Assembly: GCA_042217555.1 (NCBI GenBank)
Contig: JBDGSL010000035.1
Span: 1-41,778, forward strand
From: Candidatus Nanohalobium sp.
GTDB lineage: Archaea > Nanohalarchaeota > Nanosalinia > Nanosalinales > Nanosalinaceae
Direction of reading: 5' to 3'
Length of the DNA: 41,778 nucleotides
How positions within the stretch are numbered: position 1 is the stretch's first letter; each line of letters begins with the position of its first letter. The notes below the pieces were generated by a model. The model was not told the origin of the DNA. It saw nothing but the letters and a program-made list of their open reading frames with translations, and ran no database searches. A program made the position numbers and the translations under genes. Below are positions 29,130 through 38,598 of the stretch, in pieces.

Positions 29130-30297
29130 ATGGATGAGATGAGTTACGATACTTCCGTTATTTGGAAGGATGGTGTTACCGATGAGAATTTTGAATGAAC
29201 TAAAAAAGGATATTCAGACAGAAACTGAAGATTATCTTTCTCAGGAAGGGATAATGCCGGTAATGATGCCCGAGATAGATTTGGAGCTGACTCCGGCTAA
29301 ACGCGAACCAGTCTCACAACAGATAGATGGAAATCCCTATCAAGAAGCTCAGGAAGAACTGAAAGAAAAGAGTACAGATGAACTACTAGACGAAATCGAG
29401 GAACACGATTTTGATAACGCAGAATCAGACTGGGAGGAAGATGAAGAAGTATCTAGGAAAGGACATTTCTCTTCAGGAACTGCCGAAGATCCAACCGAAC
29501 TATCCGTAAATCTCACACCATTCGACCTCTTGACATACACCTTAAAGGGTAGCAACCCATACAAAGACTGGGTTGAAGATAACCTTAATCAGAAACCGGA
29601 ACAAGTAATTGACCGAATAGAAGAAACAGTCAATCTTTTCCCAGGAGATACACCAGCAGAGACAGTATTCCACACTATCCAGCAAAAAGCAGAACTAGCG
29701 CAAGACAACTTATCCCAACTTTCAGAGCCGGTAAGACAAGTTTACGAACAAGTTTTGAGAAATAGAAAAGAAGATGCAGTAGCCACAGGAGTCCATGAGG
29801 GAGCACATGCTAAGTTCAACGAACAGTACGACTTTGAAGTGCCGGATCTTTCAGAAGCTGAAATAGATCTTATTATAGATGATGTTCAAAGCCAGAGAGA
29901 AGGTTACGGCTTCACGGACGATACTATCCACAATCATTGGGAAGATGCGATAGAAAGAGTAGCCGGAGAAGAACAAGCACAGCAATACAGAGAATTTATC
30001 GGACTGAACGGTGTTAACGAAGTCTATGCTAGAATTGTCCAGAAAAGCTACGAACAAGGAGATATCTCCGAACTAGAACGAGATGACTTATACGAAGAAG
30101 GAAGTTTCTGGGGAGAAGCAAACTACGAAGGACAAAATCCATTCAGTGAAGAAGGCGGATCACCAGGGAAAGTCTCAGGAGTCAAAGTACAACAACTCAC
30201 TGAATATATGGCAGAAAATGGTCTAGACTCAGTACTGGATATGTCTTCGGATCAAATATTAGATCAATTTTACGACGAAGATAGTCAGATCATTTAA
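29130..30297 (+). CDS. Transposon cargo: acidic protein with an HExxH motif (possible zinc metalloprotease), apparently frameshifted near its 5' end
   Basis: GVHEGAHA and a downstream NEVYA. ATG 29130 lies about 26 nt after TTTATA and joins the 29170 frame if the A at about 29187 is removed. Confidence 0.6.
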
Positions 30298-30324
30298 CAG
30301 CCATTAAATTATAGACAGCGATTC

Positions 30325-31551
30325 CTAGAATTCTGGTTGTATTCCTTTTTCATGAATTTGATGTGCTGTGGCTACGATATTGTGGCATAGTATTTTGAGT
30401 AGTGTTTCGTTTAGTTGGCATCTGTGTTTTTTGCTGTTTATGTCTTCGCCGAACTTCTCCTTAATCATGTGGAATACTGTCTCCGAATTGCTTCTTTTGT
30501 GGTAGTGGTCTCTGAATTCCTCTTTATTGTACTGAAACTTGTGATACATTTTCTTCCAGGCTTTACAGCCTTTGCTTTTTCCTGTTGTGTTTTTTCTGAA
30601 TGGTATGTATGCTTCTCCGTCTAGGTCTTCTACTAGTTGATAATTTTCTCGGCTATTGTATGCTTTGTCAGCGCTGACTTCATCTATGTTAAATTGCTCT
30701 GCTGTTTTTTCTACAAGTGGCTTGAATTGTGGGCTGTCGTGCTTATTACCCTTTGTCAATTCAACTCCGGTCACAATATTAGTTTTTACACCTGAAATCA
30801 GGTGTGCTTTTATCCATTCTCTTACTTCTCTTTCTTCTCCGTGTTTGTGGTTAAAGTATTTGCCGAAAGTAGATGTGCTGAAACCTGAACTGTCTACTGC
30901 GAATTCAGTTTCTATGGTAGTTAGTGGTGAAGCTGACTTGTAGATTAGTTCTTCTAGTTTTTCTGTTATTTCTGGTTTTTGTAGGTAGTGGCTGATTGTG
31001 TTGTAGGCACAAGTGTCAGTTACTAAGTCTTGCTGTTCTGCTCTTTGTTGTAGTGATTCATATCTTCTTAGAGAGAAGCCTGTGTATACTTTGAGTGCTG
31101 AGTGGAATATCATGCTGCCTAAGTCTTTTCTAGGCCGTCCGTTGCTTTGTTTTTGGTTTTCTATGTTTTGTGTTAGGTCTGATAGTAGTTGTAGGAAGTG
31201 TTTGCGTTCTTTTGTTTGTGATTGGTTGTAGGCTGTCCAGTTTTGACTGTATGAATCTTCAGCTCTTTCTCTAATTTCTTGTTTGTCTTGTTTTTGTGCT
31301 TGTTGTGTTAGTATTAGTTCTACTGCCCAGATATGCTTACATTTTTCATTTTCTTTTGTATGGTCGTGGCATGTGCAGCTCCATTCTTTTCCGGTTTTTA
31401 CAGTGTATTCTTTGTTTTTTGTGGTTTGGCTTGGTACTTTGAAGCCGTCTGTGGTTCTGTTTATTTCGTTGTTTTGTGTTAGTAGGTGTCCTCGTTCTTT
31501 GCGGTTGAGTTTGGAGAGTATTTGTTTTTGTGTTACCACTTTGTTCGACAC
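30325..31551 (-). CDS. Transposase: SWIM zinc finger + IS4/IS5-like DDE domain
   Basis: CTCHDH...CKHIWA (SWIM); AVDSSGF, SADKAY, YHKRSNSETVF. Confidence 0.9.
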   Translation of the reverse strand: MSNKVVTQKQILSKLNRKERGHLLTQNNEINRTTDGFKVPSQTTKNKEYTVKTGKEWSCTCHDHTKENEKCKHIWAVELILTQQAQKQDKQEIRERAEDSYSQNWTAYNQSQTKERKHFLQLLSDLTQNIENQKQSNGRPRKDLGSMIFHSALKVYTGFSLRRYESLQQRAEQQDLVTDTCAYNTISHYLQKPEITEKLEELIYKSASPLTTIETEFAVDSSGFSTSTFGKYFNHKHGEEREVREWIKAHLISGVKTNIVTGVELTKGNKHDSPQFKPLVEKTAEQFNIDEVSADKAYNSRENYQLVEDLDGEAYIPFRKNTTGKSKGCKAWKKMYHKFQYNKEEFRDHYHKRSNSETVFHMIKEKFGEDINSKKHRCQLNETLLKILCHNIVATAHQIHEKGIQPEF

Positions 31552-31638
31552 CCTGTTGTGTATCGTTGTATATACAAATTGTTGGCTAAGCCTTATAAAG
31601 GTATCTAATGATATACTTGTATATCGGTGAATTGGGTT

Positions 31639-31773
31639 ATGTCAAAAAACGAAGACGAAAAACTAAAGCAGACTAGCATCAGGCTAAAACAAAAGCACTT
31701 CGACATAGTAGAAGAAAACGGATTAAACCTCTCTAAATGGGTTAGGAAGCAGTTAGAGAAGCAGTTCGACTAA
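31639..31773 (+). CDS. Small ribbon-helix-helix-like regulator (44 aa; not in ORF track)
   Basis: MSKNEDEKLKQTSIRLKQKHFDIVEENGLNLSKWVRKQLEKQFD; GGTGA RBS; divergent from the transposase. Confidence 0.7.
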   Translation: MSKNEDEKLKQTSIRLKQKHFDIVEENGLNLSKWVRKQLEKQFD

Positions 31774-31968
31774 AAAAGCTGTCTTTCTTAGCACCTTGTT
31801 TTAATTTTTTGGTTTTGCTGGGTTCTCTGAAGGTTGTTTTGGGCTTTTTGAACACAGAGTCAAGTTTTTGAACACGACCCGCTTTTTGAACAAAGCCGGA
31901 TCTTCCCTTTTCGAACCGGTCTCCAATCCATTAAAAACATTTTCTCCCCTCTTACATTACACGGCGTT

Positions 31969-32113
31969 GCCCAAGTAGCTCAGTAGGTAGAGCGCCACGC
32001 TGTTAGGGACTCCTGACGCGGAGATCCACACGCGTTAAACCATGCCTTCGGCATGGCTTCCAAATAATCCGACAGTTACGTGGTGGTCCCAGGTTCGAAT
32101 CCTGGCTTGGGCG
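31969..32113 (+). tRNA. tRNA-Asn(GTT) with a 72-nt intron at 37/38 (32006..32077)
   Basis: Acceptor GCCCAAG/CTTGGGC, CCACG-CT-GTT-A|A-CGTGG, TTCGAAT. CTGT/ACAG forms the BHB central helix. Confidence 0.92.
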
Positions 32114-32223
32114 TAGAAAGCCTTTTTCTACTTGTGCCTTGGTTTAGCTTTTTTTGGTGTCTCTGCTGTATTGTACCTGGTTTTTTTTATGTAAAGTGTT
32201 GGTAAGTTGTTTCTGTGGTGTCT

Positions 32224-32646
32224 ATGAAAGCTGAAGTTAAAGCGGAGAGTAAGAGTTCTACGAGGGTCGAGGTAAAAGCCAGGGATCACAGTTTTGAGAT
32301 TGATGAGCCGGAAGCTCACGGCGGTACAGGGGCCGCGCCTAACCCGGTAGAGTATGAACTGGGAGCGCTTACAGGATGTATAAACGTCACGCTTCATACG
32401 GTAGCGGATGAGATGGATGTAGAGGTAGAGGATTTAACTGTAGAAATTTCCGGAGAGTTAAATCCAGCGAAGTTTCAGGGCAAGGATACGGAGGAAAGAG
32501 CAGGTTTCAAGCAGATCGATGTAGAGGTAGATATCGAATCTGATGCCGATCAGGAGACCTTAGAGCGACTGGTTGAAGAAGTAGAGGAGAGATGTCCGGT
32601 AAGAGACAATCTCTGTAATGAAACACCTGTAAGGATGAAGATGTAA
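32224..32646 (+). CDS. OsmC/Ohr family protein
   Basis: IDEP..HGG.G.APNPVEY.LGALTGC ... RCPV. Confidence 0.9.
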   Translation: MKAEVKAESKSSTRVEVKARDHSFEIDEPEAHGGTGAAPNPVEYELGALTGCINVTLHTVADEMDVEVEDLTVEISGELNPAKFQGKDTEERAGFKQIDVEVDIESDADQETLERLVEEVEERCPVRDNLCNETPVRMKM

Positions 32647-32658
32647 AGAAGAGGTGTT

Positions 32659-33477
32659 TCAGTCCCATTCAGGGGCGAACGATGGGTCTATCTTCCTGTC
32701 TCCTCTTGCTAAACTATTTATCTCCTTCATTTCTTCTTCTGAAAGCTTGAAGTCGAAGATGTCAAAGTTTTGCCTGATATGTTCTTCCGAAGTGGCTTTA
32801 GGGATCGCGGCAACTTTTTCCTGCTGGATAAGCCATCTCAGGGCGACCTGGGCCTCGGTTTTACCGTGTTCTTCTCCGATCTGTTCCAATGTTTTATTGC
32901 CTATGACGTCGGCCCGGGCCAGTGGAGAGTAAGCTGTCAGCATCATGTCTTCGTCCCTGCATTTCTCAAGGACTGCTTCCTGAGATAGGAAAGGATGGTA
33001 TTCGACCTGGTTGGTGAGCAACGGTTTATCACAGATTTCCCGGGCTTCCTCCATTTGCTCTGTGTTAAAGTTGCTTACACCGATGTTCCTGACCTTGCCT
33101 TCATCGACAAGTTCAGACATTTCCTGCAGTGATTCCTCAAGCTCCATACCAGGGAAAGGCCAGTGGACCAACAGCAGGTTAACGTAGTCTGTCCCCAGTT
33201 TCCTCAGACTCTCCTCCACAGACTCTTTCAAGTTTTCCGCGTTAAGATTATCTTTCCAGACCTTTGTAGTAAGCCAGATATCATCTCTATCCACATCAGA
33301 TCTTTCAATTCCCTCACCAACCTGCTTCTCATTTCCATACCTCTGAGCAGTATCAATATGACGGTAACCTGTTTCAAGAGCTTTCTCAACCCCTTCAACA
33401 CAGTTTTTCCCTTTCAACTGGTATGTTCCAAAACCTAAAGCCGGAATCTTTTCACCTTGAACTTCAACAAACTTCAT
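32659..33477 (-). CDS. Aldo/keto reductase
   Basis: LGFGTY, GYRHIDTAQRYGNE, IGVSNF, NQVEYHP, AYSPLAR, IPKA. Confidence 0.95.
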   Translation of the reverse strand: MKFVEVQGEKIPALGFGTYQLKGKNCVEGVEKALETGYRHIDTAQRYGNEKQVGEGIERSDVDRDDIWLTTKVWKDNLNAENLKESVEESLRKLGTDYVNLLLVHWPFPGMELEESLQEMSELVDEGKVRNIGVSNFNTEQMEEAREICDKPLLTNQVEYHPFLSQEAVLEKCRDEDMMLTAYSPLARADVIGNKTLEQIGEEHGKTEAQVALRWLIQQEKVAAIPKATSEEHIRQNFDIFDFKLSEEEMKEINSLARGDRKIDPSFAPEWD

Positions 33478-33589
33478 TATTTCTTCACCTGTAGAAAAAA
33501 GTTCTGAAAACCAGCTTTTAATGATTGACATCACCTGACGGAAAAACCCGGCACCACTCATACTTCCTGAGACCTAGTCCTGTATAGGT

Positions 33590-34609
33590 TCACGAGACAT
33601 CATACTGTTTGAATGACGCGGCCACAAGCATAGGAAACACCAGAGTGGCCTCGGCCTCTACCTGCGTGTAGTTCTTCGAGTTCTCCTTGATCTTTCCCCA
33701 GGAAACAGCTTCTTTCGGAGGAGCACCACTTAGGCTTCCATCCCCTTCCATCCCTGTGGAGATGTATACAGCGTAATCGGTGCCGCCTCTGAACAGGTTC
33801 GACATGATCGCCTGGTGTTTTGGCACGCCGTCACCCACCGCTATGATCCCGGTCTTCTCGGCCTCGATAGCTTCATTAATTAGTGCGTCCCAGTCGTCAA
33901 GTATCTCGATACCTATCTCGGAGTCCTGTTCCTGCCTGTAGTAGAACATGAAGTCCCCGATCTCGGCGTCAATCATCGCAGGACAGTAAACAGGTATATC
34001 GTTGTCGTAGGCATGGTAGATAAAGGAATCTGACTCCTCAAGGCCTTCGTCTTCGCCAACAGCTTCTCCAAGCTCATAGGCCAGGTCTGAAGGAGTCCGG
34101 ATTTTCTCGTCCGAGAAAAAGTCCTGGAAGAAACCGTTGTTCAGCCAGGATTCAAGCCAGACATAGTGATCGGACTCGACGTAGATATTTCCAAGACGGT
34201 TGATACCGTTCTCACGTAGCTCGGCTTCATCCGCATCCCATTCACCCATCTTGAAATCATCATTAGTCTTTATGACATCCTCCGTGTGTGAACCGGCAGA
34301 GGTGATCATTACGTCCACAAAGTCTTTCCTGGCAAGATACGCTATGACTTCTCTCAGACCTGAAGAGATAATATTCGAGGTAAATGTCAGGAAAATCTTG
34401 CAGTCCTCGTCACGCATCTCTTTCACAAGGTCGATAGCCTCTTTCAGGTGTGTCGCCTGGAAACCGGTTGTCGAATACTTTTCCAGCATCTCGGTCATGT
34501 CAAACTCGCCGCGGAAATCGTATCCCTCGACATCTTCTCCCGCGTATTTCTTCTGTGTTCCAGGGATGACGTGTTCCCGTGTTTCGGAAGAGTCTTTTTC
34601 GTCAGTCAT
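33590..34609 (-). CDS. dys: Deoxyhypusine synthase
   Basis: TGFQAT, TSNIISSGLR, NRLGNI, GVPKH, DGSLSGA...EAVSWGK, EATLVFP. Confidence 0.95.
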   Translation of the reverse strand: MTDEKDSSETREHVIPGTQKKYAGEDVEGYDFRGEFDMTEMLEKYSTTGFQATHLKEAIDLVKEMRDEDCKIFLTFTSNIISSGLREVIAYLARKDFVDVMITSAGSHTEDVIKTNDDFKMGEWDADEAELRENGINRLGNIYVESDHYVWLESWLNNGFFQDFFSDEKIRTPSDLAYELGEAVGEDEGLEESDSFIYHAYDNDIPVYCPAMIDAEIGDFMFYYRQEQDSEIGIEILDDWDALINEAIEAEKTGIIAVGDGVPKHQAIMSNLFRGGTDYAVYISTGMEGDGSLSGAPPKEAVSWGKIKENSKNYTQVEAEATLVFPMLVAASFKQYDVS

Positions 34610-34794
34610 GGGAAAGGTATGGCGCCATATTTTTTATGGGTTTTACAGCAGGTCCGAGAAGTCTATGCGGCTGGACGCCTAGCACCAGGAGAGATAAGGT
34701 TGAACATCAGGCGCAGGGACGCTATTAAAAAGTTTCATAAGAACTTCAACATCACAGACGGAGAAATGTCCGAACATATAGGGAAATGAGCTGA

Positions 34795-34868
34795 GGACCG
34801 GTAGCTCAGCCTGGGAGAGCGCTTGACTGAAGATCAAGTTGTCCCCGGTTCAAATCCGGGCCGGTCCA
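34795..34868 (+). tRNA. tRNA-Phe(GAA), intronless
   Basis: GGACCGG/CCGGTCC acceptor, CTTGA-CT-GAA-GA-TCAAG anticodon arm, TTCAAAT. Confidence 0.95.
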
Positions 34869-34882
34869 AACAAATTTTTTCT

Positions 34883-34929
34883 GGAGAGCGCTTGACTGAA
34901 GATCAAGTTGTCCCCGGTTCAAATCCGGG
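34883..34929 (+). repeat. 47-bp duplicate of the 3' part of tRNA-Phe
   Basis: Identical to 34814-34860; lacks the 5' acceptor strand. Confidence 0.9.
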
Positions 34930-35085
34930 ATCGGCCATCTCTTCGAACTGACAATGCCCGTGATTTGAAGCAGCAGAAAACTGTCAGGTTTTCAAGTTCA
35001 AATCCAGGCATGTCATATCAGTTTTTCTTCTCAAAAACCCCTTCCTGCAAAGGGTTTTTATAGTTGTTATTTGTGAGTGGTGATT

Positions 35086-35400
35086 ATGATTGGGCCTGGG
35101 CGTACGTCTATAAGAAATGAGACGTATCTGGTAGAGTCGAATCTTGAAGAAGTAGAGGAAGCATTTGAGGGTTATCTTGAGGGGCTTGAGGACGAGATGG
35201 AAAATGTTGAAGCTGTCGAGTCAGAAGAGGATTACAGTTTCAATGCTGCAGGTTCTCGGGTCAATATCTCTTATGGCCTTGATGAGTTTAGAGAAGGTAC
35301 GAAGATAGAGATGGAGTTCTCCGGGGCCGGTCCTGTAGTTGACCGTTTTTACAACCATTTCTCAGATGCGTGGACCAGTGGTTCTCTCAGCGATATCTGA
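35086..35400 (+). CDS. Hypothetical acidic protein
   Basis: Acidic ORF with a GGTGA RBS and a TTTATA upstream. Confidence 0.6.
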   Translation: MIGPGRTSIRNETYLVESNLEEVEEAFEGYLEGLEDEMENVEAVESEEDYSFNAAGSRVNISYGLDEFREGTKIEMEFSGAGPVVDRFYNHFSDAWTSGSLSDI

Positions 35401-35607
35401 CTACCACGGGTCGTGTTCATAACCTTTTTCTTCGGCTCTTTCAATCATTTCTTCTTCGTCTGCTTCCTTGACCGGTGCTTTCTGCCAGTCCTCGAAGTCG
35501 TCGTTCATCTTTTCCGTGGCCTCCGCCTCCTCCTTACTCATGACAGAGACGTTGGCAGTTTCATCGTTGTAGATCTCAACTATCCAGTAGTTATCTTCCT
35601 CCCCCAT
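35401..35607 (-). CDS. Small acidic hypothetical protein
   Basis: 68 aa, halophilic composition, GAGGT RBS. Confidence 0.65.
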   Translation of the reverse strand: MGEEDNYWIVEIYNDETANVSVMSKEEAEATEKMNDDFEDWQKAPVKEADEEEMIERAEEKGYEHDPW

Positions 35608-35743
35608 AGCCAGTACCTCAACAGAAAACCAGTTAAACCTCGAGCTTTTTTAAACAGTCCACCGAACCAGAAAAACAACCCTCAGTAGTTTGTGACCAAA
35701 ACATACTCACACTTTAAAAAGTTTGTTATTTGTTGGTTGGATT

Positions 35744-36766
35744 ATGAGCACAGACAACGAAGAAGTCGGCAGTATAGGAGACAAACTTAAAGGAGTTTTT
35801 GGCCGTAATAATGGCTCTGAAAGGGTTGAAAATGTTGAAAATCTGGTTGAGGATCCTGAGAACTGGTTAAACCCTAGAGAAGATAGTGAAAAGATCTTCA
35901 GGAAAAATGTTTCTCCAATGGTCGGACAGGAGATAGATGAAGATGTTTTGAGGAAGAGAATAAGTGATCTGGAGGAAACAGCTGAGGATACTTACTCCCA
36001 GATGCTTAAAAAGAGTCCGTTGGATGCAGAGGTATATAGAGAGACGTTGGAAACAGCAGGGATTGGTTTTAACGCAGAGGATGCTGTTAAGTCACGTATA
36101 GATGAACTTGTGTCCAAGGGAAGCAAGAAAGATTTCAAGGACGCGCTTGCTGTTGCTGAGAGTGTTGAATATGAGATCACGCTGAGTGATCAGGACAAGG
36201 AAGTGTATGAGAGTTTGGATGAGTTCTCTGAGAACAGGGATCTGGTTCAGCAGCTTTCGGACAAAGTTTTCGAAGACCTGGAAGGTGAAGCAGCTGCTTT
36301 CTTCGACGCTGCAAGGGATGAGAGCCGGCCGGAAGGCATGCATAAGTCTTCAGCTATAGAAGATGCTGACCCGGCTGACGGGTACAGCAGTGAAGAAGCA
36401 GTCAGAGGGATGATAGAGGAAGCAATGGAAAGCTTTGAGAACCTGGAGCACGAAGACATTGAAGACATGGTTTACGACAGGGAAGATGATATTCCTGAAG
36501 CACTCAGCCTGAGAAACCAGGAAGAAGGCCCTGTTAAGGCCCATAATCTTGCATACAGGTTTGACCTGGATGAAAAGGAAGAATACCGGGACGAAGCTCT
36601 TGAAGCCCTTGAAGAAACATACAGAGAACTGGAAAACTTAAAGAAAGATGCAGAAGGGTTCGAAGAAACCGTGGAAACCGCTGTTGAGAAGTCGCCTGGC
36701 TTCCAGGGCCCTGATATTGGAGATTCAAGTGAAGTAATATCTAATCTAGAGGCAGGACAGGATTGA
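35744..36766 (+). CDS. Acidic helical hypothetical protein
   Basis: Long E/D-rich ORF; TTTAAAAA about 25 nt upstream. Confidence 0.7.
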   Translation: MSTDNEEVGSIGDKLKGVFGRNNGSERVENVENLVEDPENWLNPREDSEKIFRKNVSPMVGQEIDEDVLRKRISDLEETAEDTYSQMLKKSPLDAEVYRETLETAGIGFNAEDAVKSRIDELVSKGSKKDFKDALAVAESVEYEITLSDQDKEVYESLDEFSENRDLVQQLSDKVFEDLEGEAAAFFDAARDESRPEGMHKSSAIEDADPADGYSSEEAVRGMIEEAMESFENLEHEDIEDMVYDREDDIPEALSLRNQEEGPVKAHNLAYRFDLDEKEEYRDEALEALEETYRELENLKKDAEGFEETVETAVEKSPGFQGPDIGDSSEVISNLEAGQD

Positions 36767-36888
36767 GTACATTGAAGGACAGAAAGAAAATGTAGACAAG
36801 TTGGTGCAGGGAGTGAAGAGAAAGTATTCAGATGGTATACGGGAAAAACTCCCTGTATAATCTTTTCCTCCTGCATGTTATCTTTCTA

Positions 36889-38544
36889 CTACATTTCTTC
36901 CAGCGGTTCGAGACCCAGTAGTTCAAGGCCCTGGTCTGTAACCTGTACAAATGACCGGACAAGCTTCACTCTTCTCTTTTCCACGTTTTCTTCTACTCCT
37001 GTCACCTGGCAGCTGTGGTAGAAGCTGTTGAACTCTTCTGAAAGGTTTGAAAGGTAGTTAGCGATCTTGGAAGGGTCTCTCTTTCTTGATGCTGCTTCAA
37101 TTTTCTCAGGGAATTCGGAAAGCTTCTTGACCAGGCGGTACTCCTGTTCCTCAAACTCTCCGATCAGCTCTCCGGCTTTATCTGTTTCCTCCAGTATGCT
37201 CTTGGCTCTTACGTTCGTGTACTGTAGGTAGGGACCTGAATCTCCCTTGAATGAGAGGGCTGTATCCCAGTTGAACTCCATGTCTTTTTTCCTGGAAACC
37301 TTGAGGTTGCTGTATTTTACGGCGCCTATCCCTATCTCTTCAGTGTTTTCCAGTTTCCTGTCCATCTCTTCTTCTGCTTTTTCCTCTGCAAGTTCAATTG
37401 CTTTCTCAAATATCTCTGACTGCTCTATGATCAGGCCTTTACGTGTCGACATGCTGCCTTCGGGAAGGTTAAGCATGCCGTACGAGATATGTTCTGATCC
37501 TTCCGTGTCTATACCCATCTCGTCCGCTATTCTGAACAACTGTTTGAAGTGTAGTTCCTGTTCACTGGCCACTACGTACAGGTTGTAGTCGAATCCTTCC
37601 TCATTCCTCTTCTTCAGGTTGTAGAGGTCTCTTGTTATGTACAGAGTGGATCCATCGTCTTTCAGCAGGACTACACCCGGCATATCCTCTTCTTCAAACT
37701 CGTAGAACACTGATCCATCCTCATCTACCTCTATCCTGCCTTCTTCAACCCATTCCCTGACAAGCTGTCTGGCATCCTCATACACTTTGGATTCACCGGT
37801 AATCCTGTCAAACTCTATTCCCAAGCGGCTGTACTCATCCTTGTGGTACTCCAGCGTAGCTTCCCTGAACTTCTCCCATAATCTGACGGCTTCATCATCT
37901 CCTTCCTCAATCTTCCTCGCCCATTCCTGGGCCTCTTCCTCTATCTCAGGGTTTTCCTCAGCCAGTTCATGGAACTTTACGTAGATATCAAGCATGTATT
38001 CGACAGGTTCTTCTTCGAACTCACTATCTGAGTCAATGTTCTTGTGGCCGTAGATCACTTTTCCAAACTGTGTGCCGAGATCCCCGATGTAGTTCTCCGC
38101 CGTCACATCGTAACCTGTGAAGGACAGTATCCGGCGCAGAGAATCTCCCAGTACATTGTTCCTCAGATGCCCCACGTTCATAGGCTTGGCGATATTAGGC
38201 GAGGAAAACTCCACAAGCACCCTTCCCTGCTTCTGCTCCACCCCGAAACTGTCGGAATCAAGCATCCGAAAGACCTGTGAAGCATACTCCAGACGGTCAA
38301 GATGAAAGTTCAGGTATCCCGGTCCGGCCACGTCAACTTCCTCAACCAGTTCACTCTGTCCAAACTTTTCTGCAGTTTCCTCCGCCAGTTTACGTGGATT
38401 CTCTCCCAGCTCAGAAGCGGCCTTCATAACAGGGTATGCAAAGTCTCCGTGCTCCGGTTCAGGCCTCTCAATATCTTCAACTGTTACTTCTGTTCCAAGT
38501 TTTTCCGAGAGCCGGGAAGCCAGTTCCTTTTTGATCTGCTTCAT
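36889..38544 (-). CDS. argS: Arginine--tRNA ligase
   Basis: HGDFAYP, AGPGYLNF, EFSSPNIAKP, DGSTLYITRD, MSTRKG, GDSGPYLQY. Confidence 0.97.
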   Translation of the reverse strand: MKQIKKELASRLSEKLGTEVTVEDIERPEPEHGDFAYPVMKAASELGENPRKLAEETAEKFGQSELVEEVDVAGPGYLNFHLDRLEYASQVFRMLDSDSFGVEQKQGRVLVEFSSPNIAKPMNVGHLRNNVLGDSLRRILSFTGYDVTAENYIGDLGTQFGKVIYGHKNIDSDSEFEEEPVEYMLDIYVKFHELAEENPEIEEEAQEWARKIEEGDDEAVRLWEKFREATLEYHKDEYSRLGIEFDRITGESKVYEDARQLVREWVEEGRIEVDEDGSVFYEFEEEDMPGVVLLKDDGSTLYITRDLYNLKKRNEEGFDYNLYVVASEQELHFKQLFRIADEMGIDTEGSEHISYGMLNLPEGSMSTRKGLIIEQSEIFEKAIELAEEKAEEEMDRKLENTEEIGIGAVKYSNLKVSRKKDMEFNWDTALSFKGDSGPYLQYTNVRAKSILEETDKAGELIGEFEEQEYRLVKKLSEFPEKIEAASRKRDPSKIANYLSNLSEEFNSFYHSCQVTGVEENVEKRRVKLVRSFVQVTDQGLELLGLEPLEEM

Positions 38545-38598
38545 AGATGAGCTTTCCTGTAAAGCTTCAAAACAGTTAAACACCAAAAAAGTGAGAGT

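Larger units (their letters stand above)
29009..31899. mobile_element. 2,891-bp DDE transposon with terminal inverted repeats, 5-bp TSD and cargo
   Basis: Ends CCGGCTTTGTTCAA / TTGAACAAAGCCGG; ATCTT duplicated at 29004-29008 and 31900-31904; TTTTTGAAC three times near each end. Confidence 0.9.

Noticed and set aside
32006..32077. tRNA introns as group I introns or pistol/twister ribozymes
   Set aside because: Too short for group I and no P7 core. The resemblance to pistol (stem + UUAAA) and twister (CCUAAC) is only partial.
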